A stretch of 64,000 bases of DNA, taken from the NCBI RefSeq assembly GCF_009914755.1, contig NC_060935.1; one strand, 5' to 3'. Below the pieces are notes generated by a model. That model was not told the origin of the DNA and did no database searches. It saw nothing but the letters and a program-made list of their open reading frames with translations. The first letter of the stretch is position 1. Every line of letters begins with the position of its first letter. The DNA is from the human T2T-CHM13v2.0 reference genome, Homo sapiens. The position numbers and the translations under genes are program-made. Of this stretch, positions 22,667 to 35,319 are shown piece by piece.

Positions 22667-23064
22667 TTTCATGCACGTCCATGTGAACAGACCACCAAAC
22701 AGGTTTTGTGTGAGCAATAAAGCTTTTAATCACCTGGGTATAGGCGGGCTGAGTCCGAAAAGAGAGTCAGTGAAGGGAGATGGTGTGGGGCCGTTTTATA
22801 GGATTTGGGTAGGTAAAGGAAAAAGGGGGGTTCTCTGGCGGGCAGGAGTGGGGGTCACAAGGTACTCAGTGGTGGAGCTTTTGAGCCAGGATGAGCCAGG
22901 AGAAGGAATTTCACAAGACAGTGTCATCAGTTAAGGCAGGAACAGGCCATTTTCACTTCTTTTGTGGTGGAATGTCATCAGTTAAGGCAGGAACCGGCCA
23001 TCTGGATGTGTACGTGCAGGTCACAGGGGATATGATGGCTTAGCTTGGGCTCAGAGGCCTGACA
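22667..23064 (-). promoter_or_regulatory. HERV-H 5' LTR7 (398 bp), candidate promoter firing leftward
   Basis: tgtcaggcctctgagcccaagctaagcc...; TATA cctataaaa; ACAAAAGA SOX-like motif; attaaa poly(A) signal. Confidence 0.9.
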
Positions 23065-23261
23065 GTGGTAAGGATAGAAAAACGAAGCAACGATATTCTC
23101 AGAGCTGGAACACAAGTACATGAACAAACCTTTGAAAGATGTAAGAACACACCCTTGTCTAAAGCAGAAGGTAGAATATCTCATATGTTAACATATGCAA
23201 TGTGAAAGGAAAACTCAGAGACAAAGCATTAATGAAATGAAAGTATTTTTACTTAACAAAA

Positions 23262-24212
23262 GAAGATACACTCTCAAAACAACACCTCAAAGCTCTCCAA
23301 TGCTCTGGGTCCCTCTGTCATGGGACAGTTCAAATTCATGGTATGGTCAGAGGTAACACCACTGCAATAAGAATAGAAGTGATTTATCCAATCTTTTCAC
23401 ACTCCATACAGAGCTTTGTTGTTGAAGAATAAACTGGAAACCAATGAAAATATATGGAGCTTTTATACACTGTGTATGAAGCACTCCGTCTGTCTTACAT
23501 TAAGTTTTTTTCTAATCTTCATGCATTGCTGAAGGTCCTGTGTATTCTTTCTGTGATAACGATTGAGAATTGTTGCTTGAAAATGGATAAAAGTCTCAAA
23601 GTATACAAGAAGAACACACTGACACACCAGAATTCCAGTAACTTGGCTTTGCTTAACAGAAATTTTGATGTAAAACATGATCTACATTTAATGATAGAAA
23701 CAAATTTTAACTCAATGCAACAATGTCAAATGTTTAGGTGATTTAGAAACTACTGAAAGTATTTAAATGAAACTCTTAAAATAGGTTTTCTCTTTATTGT
23801 GATACATGTAGAAAAATTTGTAGTGTGTATGTAGTCAACTAATCACTGAATATCATGGCCTATAGGCCTCTGATTGAATCTATTGGCTATTTATAATTTC
23901 TCCGTCTGAATAATTCCTGTTTGACATGCATGCTTTGAAGACCTATTGGTTCTTTCATAAGATAACAGTGAAAGTACCACAATTTATTTATTTGTTATTT
24001 GGTTTAAGGTCAGAGCTAGTGGCTCTGAAAGCATTTTAGTTAAGTTGCTTTGACTATAACATTTTTTATCACCATGAATCTAATTGTCAGGTATTAAATT
24101 ATCAAGTCTTTCAATAAATAACATTTGAGGACATGTAGGAGAAAATAATGCATTTTAAAAAAATGTTACAGCAAAGTTCACAACTGACCTTTGATTCTTA
24201 AGAGTTTTAAGT
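23262..24212 (+). pseudogene. THAP12: THAP12 (PRKRIR)-derived pseudogene: C-terminal hAT dimerisation region and proximal 3'UTR
   Basis: EDTLSKQHLKALQC..PSVMGQFKF and ORF 23454-23741 ELLYTVYEALRLSYIKFFSNLHALLKVLCIL...LKVYKKNTLTHQNSSNLALLNRNFDVKHDLHLMIET, against remembered THAP12 KDIFSEQHLKALKC..VPSVMGQLKF and ELPSTIYEALHLPDIKFFPNVYALLKVLCIL...LKAYLRNTLTDQRSSNLALLNINFDIKHDLDLMVDT. Downstream DNA resembles the THAP12 3'UTR. Confidence 0.9.
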
Positions 24213-24219
24213 TTTTTGT

Positions 24220-25681
24220 TGTCCATTTTCCAGTGTATGTTTTTGCTGCTTTATAGAAGATCAGTTGGTTTTAAGTATTTGGCTTTATTTCTGAATTCTT
24301 AATTTTGTTCCATTGGTCTGCATGTCTATTTTCATACTAACACCGTGCTGTTTTGGTTATTATAGTGTTGTAGTATAATTTGAAGGCAGGTGATGTGATG
24401 CTTCCAGATTTGCTCTTTTTGCTTAGGATTGCTTTGGCTATTTGAGCTCTTTTTTTTAGATCTCTATGAATTTTAAGATTGCTTTTTCGAATTCTGTGAA
24501 AAATGTTGTTGGTATTTTGATAGGAATTGAAACCAAATTTTAACAAAAATAAATAAGTGGAACCTAATTCAACTAAAAAGTTTCTGCAAAGCAAAAGTAC
24601 TCATCATAAGAGTAAACAGACCTACAGGATGGAAGAAAGTGTTTGCAAACTATACCTCTGATAAAGGACTAATATCAAGAATCTATAGGGAACTAAAATC
24701 AGCAAGAAAGCAGAAAAAAAAAAACCAACAACAACAACCAAATAATCCCATTAAAAAGTAGGGAAATGACGTGAACAAACATCTCTCAAAGAATAAATAC
24801 AAATAGCCAAGAAACAAGAAAACATGCTCAACATCACTAATCACAAGGGGAATGCAAATTAAGATCACAATAAAATAACATCTTACCCCAGCCAGAATGG
24901 CCATTATCAAAAAGTAGAAAACAATAGATGTTGGTGCAGATGTGGTGAAAAGGGAACACTTATACACTGCTGGTGGGATTATAAATCAGCACAACCACTA
25001 TGAAAGCAGCATGAAGATTTCTCAAAGAACTAAATCTACCATCAATCCAGCAATACCACTACTGGATATCTACCCAAAAAAAAAAAGTCCCCGGCACATG
25101 TATGTTTATCACAGTGCAATATACAATTGTAAAGATATTGGATCAATGTAAGTGTCCGTCAACTGATGAGTGGATAAACAAAATGTGGCACATATATATG
25201 TGCATACATATACACACATATATATGCGTATATGTACGCATATATATATAATATATATACATCATACCTGTGTGTATGTGTGTGTGTGTGTGTGTGTGCA
25301 CTCGTGCACTTGTATTTATAGTGGAATACTGGTCAGCCATAGAAAAGAGTGAAATAATGTCTCGCAGCAACTTGGATGAAATTGGAGACCATTTTCCTAA
25401 GTGTAGTAACTTAGGAATGGAAAACCAAATACATGTTTTCACTTTTAAGTGGGAGCTTAGCTATGGGTATGCAATGACATACAAAGCAGTATAACGGACA
25501 TTGAAGACTCAGAAGCAGGGAGACTGAGAGGGAGTGTAGGAATGAAAATTACCTATTGAGTACAATATACACTATTTTATTGACAGTTACACTAAAATCT
25601 CAGACTTCACTGCTATACAATTCATCCATGTAATAAGAAAACACTTCTACCTCTGAATATATTCAAATAAATAAATAAATA
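24220..25681 (+). mobile_element. L1 (L1PB-like) with 5' inversion
   Basis: 24220-24531 is antisense ORF2. 24543-25681 is sense ORF2 end plus 3'UTR ending (AAAT)n. Internal (TA/TG)n tract at ~25190-25300. Confidence 0.85.
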
Positions 25682-25898
25682 GAATGCTTTTAAAAATGTG
25701 TAGTGGACAGTTAAATAATTACCAGAGAGTGAGAAAATGTGTGAGCCCACCAAACAAGCATTTCCATGTGGATTCTGTCTTTATCAAATAAACATAAAGA
25801 AGCAAGTTATATTTAAAGTGCACATGGAAGAAATTTCCATTGTTCTTTTGCATTTTGTTGTTGCTCATTGCATCCCTTTATCAAACTCTCATTTTAAC

Positions 25899-26288
25899 TG
25901 TTTTTTTACTCTGTTTGTGCTGCAATAACAAAATACCACAGACTAATTTATTTAAAAACAGATAGTTGTTTCTCATGGTTCTGGAGACTGGAGAGTCTAA
26001 GATCAAGGCACTGAGAGGTGTGGTGTCTGGTGACTGGTGAGGGCTACTCTCTTCTTCCACGATGGTCCCTTGATGCTGCATCCTTCACAGGGGAAGAATG
26101 TTGTGTCCTCACGTGGCAGAAGAGACAGAAGGGATAAACTTGCCCCCTCAACCCCCTTTTTAAGGCAATAATTCATTCATAAGGATGACCAAATTACCTA
26201 CTAAGAGCTCTGCCTTTTAATATTGCTGCATTTAGGTCTAAGTATCAACATAAATTTTGGAGGGGACACACACCTTCAGACCATAACA
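25899..26288 (-). mobile_element. MaLR LTR (MSTC/D or MLT1A-like)
   Basis: tgctgcaataacaaaataccacagact...ttctggagactggagagtctaagatcaaggc...aattttggaggggacac...cagaccataaca. Confidence 0.85.
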
Positions 26289-26363
26289 CTGCCTCATAAG
26301 TTTTTGATCAGGTATATGTTGAACGCTTCTGTTTAAGAATGAAAAGAGATTCAGAGGCAATAG

Positions 26364-26975
26364 TGTATTAGGGTATTCCAAAGAAACATAACCAATAGAA
26401 TATATATATTTGTATATATATCATATATACAAATGTATATGATATATATACATATACTCTATATATCTCCTATATTTATGTGTGTGTATGAGAATATGTA
26501 TATTATATATATACATACATATTTTTTGAGGAGATTTATTACAGAAATTGGTTAACATGATTAAGAAGGCTAACAAGCCCACAATCTGCTGTCTGCACGT
26601 TGGAGAACCAGTAAAGCCAATAGTATAATTTAGTCCAAGTCTAAAGGTCTGAGAATTAAAGGGATGATGATGTAAGTCCTGGTCTGTGTCTGAAAACCCA
26701 AGAACCAGAGTATTGATGACACAGAGAAAGAGAAGATGAATGTCTCAGCTCATCCAGAGTGGTCAAATTCACTCTTTCTCTAACTTTTATTTCTATACAG
26801 GCCCTTAACAGATTAGATGATGTCTATCTGCATTGGAGAAGGCAAGATTTTTTACTCAGTTTGCCAATACAAATACTAATCTCCTCTGGATAGATCTTCA
26901 CAGTCACACCCAGAAATGTTTTACCAGGTATTGATGCATCCCTTAATCCAGTCTAGTTGACACATAACCATCACA
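26364..26975 (-). mobile_element. MLT2B-like ERVL LTR with internal (TA)n
   Basis: tgtattagggtattccaaagaaacataaccaatag...gagatttattacagaaattgg...gtctagttgacacataaccatcaca. Confidence 0.85.
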
Positions 26976-27034
26976 CATGGATACAGACAACTTCTCTGCA
27001 TTCTTCTATCTTTTCCCATGATTACATCTACTAA

Positions 27035-27381
27035 TGTCTTAGTATTCTAGGACTTTCATAACAAAATCCCACAGATTAGGTGGCTTAAACAATAGAAATT
27101 AACTTTCTCCCAGTTCTGAAGGCTGGAAAGTTAAAAATCAAGGTTCTGGCAGGGTTTAGTTTTTAGTGAAGGCTCTTTCCCTGGCTTCCCAACAATTCCC
27201 TTCTTACCATGTTCCTACATGGTGAAGAGAGGGAGAGCTCTAGTGTATCTCCCTCTTCCTATAAAGGCACCGGCCCCATCTAATTTGGGCCTCACACTTA
27301 TGAACTCATTTATCCTTAATTACCTCCTAAAGGCCCTATTCTGAATATGAATTTTGGGAGGACACAATTTAATCCATAGCA
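27035..27381 (-). mobile_element. MLT1A-like MaLR LTR
   Basis: tgtcttagt...cataacaaaatcccacagattaggtggcttaaacaatagaaatt...gaattttgggaggacacaatttaatccatagca. Confidence 0.85.
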
Positions 27382-28899
27382 ACTCCCTTTTTTTCTATTT
27401 ATGAGATAACCTGGAAAACTTAAAAATATAAATACTTTGTTAATTTTTCTATGATTAATATAGAATATGTTGCTTTTTTCATAATTGAAACTGATTTTTT
27501 ACAATTAATTTCAATATAAATAAAACATGTTTGTTTTTTAAAAGAGGCAGAATATTTCAGAAAGGCTTTGTGCAGCATAGAAGATAATACAATTAATTAC
27601 AAGAAAAAAATGACCCTGTCGATACCTAATCAACGTGTAGCCTTCTGATTAATTTTGTATGTCCGTTTAAAAATATATTTCCCAAGTATAGACAGTATTC
27701 ATTGCTTCCCACCCTGTTAGACATATGAAAGGAATCTTCTTCTTCATGTATCTGACTGAGGAAGCTATGTTGATTTGGCAATCCTGGTATGCTGTGTGGT
27801 TTCAGACTGTCATTCCGTACTTTGTGTCCAGCTCAGAAAAGACTCTTCAAAGAGAAAATGAAAAAGCTATACCGCCTGCATGATCCCACTGCTTGTACAT
27901 GCAGAAATATCCAAAGGCACCTTTATAGTAGTGAAACTATCACTTTTCATTTATATAATCCTTTCATTTCAGGAGCTCACAGTGGTTCAGAAATGCTATT
28001 CCACTGATCCTCACAGTCATTCTTAGAGACACTGACAGGCGCTTATTAAAATGGGAAGTGGATCTGGTTCTAGGAAATGATAATCATAGTTAACTTCAGG
28101 GCAAAAGAAAACGGTCTTGCCAGGGAAATAAATTTATATTCCTTCCCAAGGTGGGAACATTTAACTAGAGGATGAGACCCTGACACATGGTTACTGTAGT
28201 GTCTCACATTCTGAGGATATGATTAACCCAGCAGCTGAGATAAGCCAGACACCGCAGCATCTGTTTAACTCACTACCTCCTTTGGGGAACTCAATTTGTT
28301 GTGAACATAAATCTGACCAACATTCTCCCAAAAGTTTCCTCTTTCTCCTCTGTGACTGTGTTCGATGCCAACAAATGAAAATATGTTTAAATATACAAAT
28401 AACATATAGATGTAAATAAAAGCTGTGGCTACTTGCACACCTCTAGCAGTACAGTTATCAGGAGAGCCACCCTTATTTATTTTTTGAAACACATCTAGCA
28501 AGAATCCAAATTACTCTGATTAGGGCAGGGATTTGCAGTTGTTAATTGTAGTGTGCTAGTGGGTGCCCACATAGGTTACCAGAGACCCACAAAATTGTTT
28601 CAGGGGGGCAGTACTTCCTGTCCCTTTTTGGGGGTAAAACTTTGGATGTGCATGAGTGCAGTTTTTCTTCTGTGTTGGCTATTCATACATTTCATAATAT
28701 TTTCAAAGACAATAGTAAATGTTAATGTTTAAGAACCACTGCTCTTGGGTATGATACAGTGGGGTAAATCAGTTAAGTTATAACATCAAAAAGTAAAGAA
28801 AAAGTCAGTAAAGTACAAATTACATTTTAGATTGGAGCATGTCGACAGGACACAGAGTCAAGCTGAAAGAGCTTCCAGTAGTCAATTGCCTTAACAAGT

Positions 28900-29670
<771 letters not shown>

Positions 29671-29749
29671 ATGTTCCTTTGGATACAACTTTTAAAAATT
29701 GTATGAGGTTCACTTTATTTATTTTGTTAATTGTAGTTATGGTATTAAA

Positions 29750-30215
29750 TTCAAGAATCCATTGCCAAATCCTAGGTTGTGAAGATTTACGCCTAAGTTT
29801 TATTCTGCTAGTTTTATAGTTTTAGCTCTGATGCGTAGTTTGTTGATTGATTTTGAATTAATTCTGATAGATGAAGTTGAAGTCTGATTTAATTTTTTAC
29901 AATTTTTCCATCATCATTGCTCCAGTAATTATTTTTTTTAATCATTGAATGATTTTGGAACCCTTATCAAAAATCCATTGTTCATAGATGTGAGAGTTTA
30001 TTTCTACTCTGATTTCTATTCCATTGGTCAGTGTGTCTATCCCTCATAGCAGTGCCACATTGTTTTGATCACTGCAGCTTTGTAAGTTTTGAAACTGGAG
30101 AATGTGAGTCCTCCTACTTTGCTCATTCTTTTTCAATATTGTTTTGACTATTCAGAGTCCCTTGAAATTCTATATGAATTTGAGGATGGGCTTTTCTATT
30201 TTTGAAAGAAAAGAG
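29750..30215 (-). mobile_element. L1M ORF2 fragment
   Basis: ccattgccaaatcctagg...ttccattggtc...tgttttgatcactgcagctttgtaagttttgaa...ccttgaaattctatatgaatttgaggat. Confidence 0.8.
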
Positions 30216-30454
30216 GACCATAAGTCTTTAAATACATCTTCTTTGTGTGCCTTTGGAAAGTGGTTATCTGTACATAATTCCACAATGTCACACCCAAATT
30301 TACCTCACTTGAGGCTATCTAGATTTCCTTTCTACTTTTCTTGAAGGAATTTCATCTATAGTCATTTATAATATATCCAGATAAGCAAATAAAATAGAAT
30401 ATACCAGTCAGACCATTTCCTGTGTTCAAATACTTGAGATACCTCTTATTTTAA

Positions 30455-30620
30455 TAAAAGTGTTACCTTGGGCAGGTTACTTAATGTTACTGTGTTTTAA
30501 ATTTCTCAGCTGTGAAACAAGGCTAATGTTCATACTTCATGGGGCTGTTTTAAAGGATAAATCAGTGTGTTAGTGTAATAAAAATACCATTTAGCACCCA
30601 GTATGTTCTCAGTAAATGAC
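30455..30620 (+). mobile_element. MIR SINE
   Basis: gttaccttgggcaggttacttaat...tttctcagctgtgaaa MIR core. Confidence 0.75.
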
Positions 30621-31327
30621 ACCATTATGAAAAGCTGCAATCACTTGAAACAATATTCGAGTTGTGCTGATTGCCATACATACTTGGGAAAAACAAACTG
30701 AATTATGGATAGATGTTGCATAATCGGAAGAAAATGAAAAAGTGGCTTGCCATTTTTTATGTGATTTTACTAGAGAGATTGAAAGAAAACCTGGAAGCAT
30801 TAATAACAGTCTGATTACTGGCTGATTACTGCTAGTCAGTGTAAATTACAATGTCAGAAAGAAATACTGTGGTTCCTAACAATGAACTATTCCAATGCCT
30901 CTGAAAGGACACAGATGTGATCAGTTCTAAAGACCTACATAAAGAAAGGTGAAAAGGAGTAATTATAACTGAAACTCACTGTAGATGAGAATAAGATGTA
31001 TTTATTAATTAGTACTGCCACCTTTGAAAAATAGAGCTGTTTTTTATATCTGCAAAGATCTGTGAAGCATTTTTTTAGGTGGCTGCTATGGTCTCAGTGG
31101 TTTACAAAAGCTTATTGCAAAATAAAATATGTCATAAACATGCTTTATTATTAGCCACTTTTTGAAGGAATAATAATAATAACAATATTCTAAATAAGAC
31201 AACCATTGCTCTAGATTTTTTTAAAAATGCAATGGTTTATAATTATGACAGTGGCTGCTTGACCCTGATAAAATTTGAGGTAAAAAATAGCAAGGGCAAG
31301 CAACTCAAGGGATGAGGAACTCTTATG

Positions 31328-31410
<83 letters not shown>
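31328..31410. repeat. Compound microsatellite (TC)n(TG)~25
   Basis: Seen directly. Confidence 0.98.
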
Positions 31411-31412
<2 letters not shown>

Positions 31413-31987
31413 GAACTATTAAAATCTGACAAGTAGCTGAAAGAAATTTTTAATGAAGAACAGACACCATCCTCTTACATCCCCAGCCCCAACACATTGC
31501 TATAGACAATATTTGGAGACAACTTGAATTAAAATAACTTTCAGGTGAGTTTGGTTTCCCCAGTGGCAAAAGATCTGATTTACCAATTTGTATTAATATG
31601 TAAAGACTTCTGGATTCTAAAATAATTTTGAGTAAATATCTAGAATTAAGTATGACAGTTATTATTATAGAAGTTCCAAACAGAAATATCATCTGAAATT
31701 CATTTTTCTGCAATCTGAAGATTTCAGATAAAGGAATGAGAAAATGTACTTTGCTAGCCATGAATTCCTCATGGGCTAGTTTGACCTTAGTGCATGTTCA
31801 TACTATTAAATAATTAAAAAGTAATAACAAATAGATAAATATCAAATGACCTCTATTAGGGAATTTTAAATCGACTCCCCAACAAAACTTATCAGAAGAC
31901 CACATTACCAAAAATGGGGAAATGCTACAGAGAAAAGAACTGTAAAAATGTTTTGAAAGTGCATGCAGCCTAAATCAATAAATTGGA

Positions 31988-32590
31988 CATTTTTTTAATC
32001 CACTCATCTACAGATGGACACTTAAGTTGTTTCCATATCATGGCTATTGTGTATAATACCACTGCAATGAATATGGAAGTGCGGATATCTGAAATGGAAT
32101 ATTATTCAGCTTTAATAAAGGAGATCTTCCCATTTGTGAAAACATGGATGAACCTGGAACATACTATGCTAAATTAAATAATTCAGACACATAAGACAAA
32201 TATCACACGATCTCACTGATTTGTGAAGTTTTTTTAATGAATATACAGAAATAGGAAGTAGAATGGTCGTTATCAAGGAAGAAAGTGAAGGGAAATGAGA
32301 TGTTAGCCAAATGATACAAAGTTGTAGTTAGATAGGATGAGTAAAGCTAGAAATATAATGTAGAGCATGAAGACTAAAGTTAATGATATTGTATTGTATC
32401 CTGAAAATTTTGTAAGAGTATATTTCAAATGCTCTTACCACATACACACACATATACACACACAATTATGTTAAATAATGGATATGTTAATTTGCTTGAC
32501 TGTAGTAAGTACTGCACTATATATATCAAAACATCATGTTGTGTACCTTAAGTATATACAATAAAAATAAACAAAAATTTTAAAAAAACA
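31988..32590 (+). mobile_element. L1MA (MA8/9-like) 3' end with short 5' inversion
   Basis: 31988-32090 is antisense (atccactcatctacagatggacacttaagttgtttcc). 32092-32590 is sense (aatggaatattattcagc...aacatcatgttgtgtacctta...A-rich tail). Confidence 0.8.
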
Positions 32591-32639
32591 CAAAGGACAG
32601 TAATTATATAAAGATATTTAAAAATCGGATGCAATGTAT

Positions 32640-33170
32640 CACCTTCATTATAGCTAATATATTTTTGACTAGTTACTGTGGTCCTGTCCTAAGAGTTTAA
32701 CGTGCCTTATTTCATTTTGCTTTTATACCAAATTAAAGAGGTGGAAATTATTATCATTATCTCTCAGACTAAGGTGAGGAAACAGGCTTAAATGGGATGC
32801 TGCATCAACCAGCACACAGTTAATAAGAAATGAATTCACTCAACTAGTCTTACATCAGAATCTAAATTTAACTACTGCGATGAACTGGTTCTGAACTGCA
32901 GCAGTCACAATTGTCTGCCATTTTCCCATATTTTTCTTAGCTGTGTATATATTCATATGATGTTGGTGATTATAATATCAACATCTTTAATTTATTAAAT
33001 ATCCCCAAGGTGCTGTGTTATTCTTTCTATATAATGATATGTAATTTTTACAGAAAACTATTATTGTTATCCTCATGTGAGAAGCGAGAAAACATTGAGG
33101 TCCAAAAAGTTTAGTCTTTTTCCTAGTGATGCAGAATGTAAGGCAGAATTTGAACTCAAAGCTCAGGTTT
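32640..33170 (-). mobile_element. Two diverged MIR copies
   Basis: gaggtggaaattattatcatt...ggtgaggaaacaggctta and gagaaaacattgaggtcc...gcagaatttgaactca. Confidence 0.55.
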
Positions 33171-33644
33171 TGAACCAGAAGTCAAGAAAGGTGTAAAAAA
33201 CATGGAACCAAGAGAAAATGTCATTCACGGTCCAGAGTGGCACAGATCTATGGGATCTAGGTGGCAGAGATAGATAGATGCTATTTGTAGCATGATAGAA
33301 ATACTGTTGAGGGGCACATGACCCAGTTTGGATGAAAAGGAAGTGTGCAGACATGGGTTCGTCATGGAGCATTTTAGACACTATCTTGACTTTGAGTGAA
33401 GAATTTGCCGGGTGAATAAAGGTGGTGACTCATTACAGAGTCATGAGAAACATTAGCCATCAGAGCAATGCAAGTACGTTGTGGAATTCTGTACATTTGT
33501 GTAATGAGGAGTGATTCTGAAGGAATTTGTGTTTAAAACACTCCAGGGTCACTAGGCGTCTATATTCTTGGCTAAAAGCTTTGAGAAGGATACCTTTTAC
33601 AAGCTAGAAAAATGCGTGATAAACACACTCCTAAGAGGTAATAT

Positions 33645-34045
33645 ATATACCACTTATTCTCATTCACATGTGAGAGACAAAAATTGAACTCCTGGAGCTA
33701 GAGAGTAGAATGATTGTACCAATGCCTGGGAAGGGTAGTGGGAAGGTGGGGATCAAGAAGCGATGGTTAATGGATACAAAAACTGAGTTGTATAAAATGA
33801 ATAAGATCTAGTGTTCATAAGCACAGTAGGGTGACTATAGTTAATAATAATTTATTCTATATTTCAAAATAACTAAAAGAGTGGATTTGGAATGTTCCTA
33901 ACATAAACAAATGATAAGTGCTTAAGATGATACATATCCTATTTAACCTAACTTGATTATTATACATTACATACTTGTATAAAAATATCACATGTACCCC
34001 ATAAATATTTATAACTATTACTTATCCATAAAAATAAAAATAAAT
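33645..34045 (+). mobile_element. L1MA 3' end
   Basis: attgaactcctggagctagagagtagaatg...aatgaataagatctagtgttc...aaatatcacatgtaccccataaatat...aaaataaaaataaa. Confidence 0.85.
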
Positions 34046-35319
34046 ACTGTATTACATGTCTAATAAATACCAAACATGAGCAGGATGCATTTTTAATACT
34101 TTATCTCATTAAAGCTTATCAAGAATAATACAAGGTAAGTGCTATTTATTATATTTTATATCTGAGGAAATAGGACGTTGATTGTTCAACTGAACTGGCC
34201 AAAGTCATGTGCCAAATAATTGATAACCCCAGATTTCAAATCTAGATTTTAATAAGTCCATAAACCAAAATAAATAGTGTTTTTAAAGTAATCTAGTAAT
34301 CTCCCTGAAGTCAGGGGTCTTATATAACTTGATAATTACTGTATCCGCAGTGCCTGGAGTTGGTGTTTTTCCAGGGTACTCAATATGCATTGTGTTAATT
34401 TCAAGTGAGTTACATCAATCTGGATCATAAAATGATCCAGGATCATTTTCCAGAAGTGTGCCCCCAACTTTCTTGAGCATTGATGAGAAAATGTTGATCA
34501 ACTATGTATTGGCTCACTGTAGTGGTTATTCTTGCTAACCACTTTTTTATTTCTGCATTTCATTTGAATAAGTTTCTTAAGGATAGTTTCTGACTTTCAT
34601 ATTGTGGTTTCTTTTAGAGTGTCTTGGCTTTAGTAAATTATTAGTAATATAATAAATATTTGTGTAATCTGCTTTTTTGCTAAGTGCATCTAAACATCTG
34701 TGATCTCCTTGAGCCTTCCTGTAACCCTCCAAAGTAGGTTCGTTAGAATTATCCTTTATCTCCGTTACAAAAATCTATAGATATATTGAATTATTTACTG
34801 ATTTATTTACTAAGATCAAATGATTTCTATGCATTTTCTTGTTAATCCCATGTTTAGGAACTTGCTTTCTTACCTAATTCTCTATTCTTTCTTTCTTCAT
34901 GTTATATATCAACTTATTGTCGTCAAATTGGAGAAGAACTTTCATTAGCTGTTTCTTGATTATAACCTTGAAACTCATCAACCATTCATTATAGGAAGTT
35001 TTCTCTTGCACCCCATTCATAACACTATACTATAATTGTCTCTGCTCATTATTAGTCTGAAATATTCATGATAGCAAGTGTCATGCTTTTAGAGAGCTCT
35101 TCATAATTTTTGGAAAATGATAGATGCTTAGTATTTTTTAAATGAATGAATGTTTGCTTTTTTGCTATTATCACTAACCTTATCTGTTGCAGCTCCTCCA
35201 CCTGAAAACCCTTCTACACAATCTTAGTTTTCAGCTGGCAATATAACAGAAAGGAGGTTACCTTGATCATTAATGTAGTTATTGTGTTCAACTAAGGAAA
35301 TCTAGGCGATGCTTAATAA

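Larger units (their letters stand above)
17405..23064 (-). mobile_element. HERV-H provirus (LTR7-int-LTR7), ~5.7 kb internally deleted form
   Basis: Two LTR7 copies, His PBS, polypurine tract next to the 3' LTR, gag zinc knuckles, protease/RT/integrase remnants, no env ORF. Perfect TSD GTGGT (17400-17404, 23065-23069). Confidence 0.98.
25690..27545 (+). pseudogene. THAP12: THAP12-derived pseudogene, distal 3'UTR pieces between MaLR/ERVL LTRs
   Basis: Unique segments 25690-25890, 26290-26363, 26976-27034 and 27382-27545 (gtgagcccaccaaacaag; caggtatatgttgaacgcttctgttt; catggatacagacaact; aacctggaaaactt; tttcaatataaataaaa) follow the remembered order of the THAP12 3'UTR and end near AATAAA at ~27519. 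Nucleotide match is from memory. Confidence 0.65.

Noticed and set aside
23454-23741. 95-aa ORF as a functional THAP12-like micro-gene
   Set aside because: The upstream homologous sequence has stops and frameshifts and the ORF is heavily diverged, so it is treated as a pseudogene remnant.
34420-34450. Short hairpin ctggatcat-aaa-atgatccag
   Set aside because: A 9-bp stem is not far beyond chance in 64 kb and has no supporting context.
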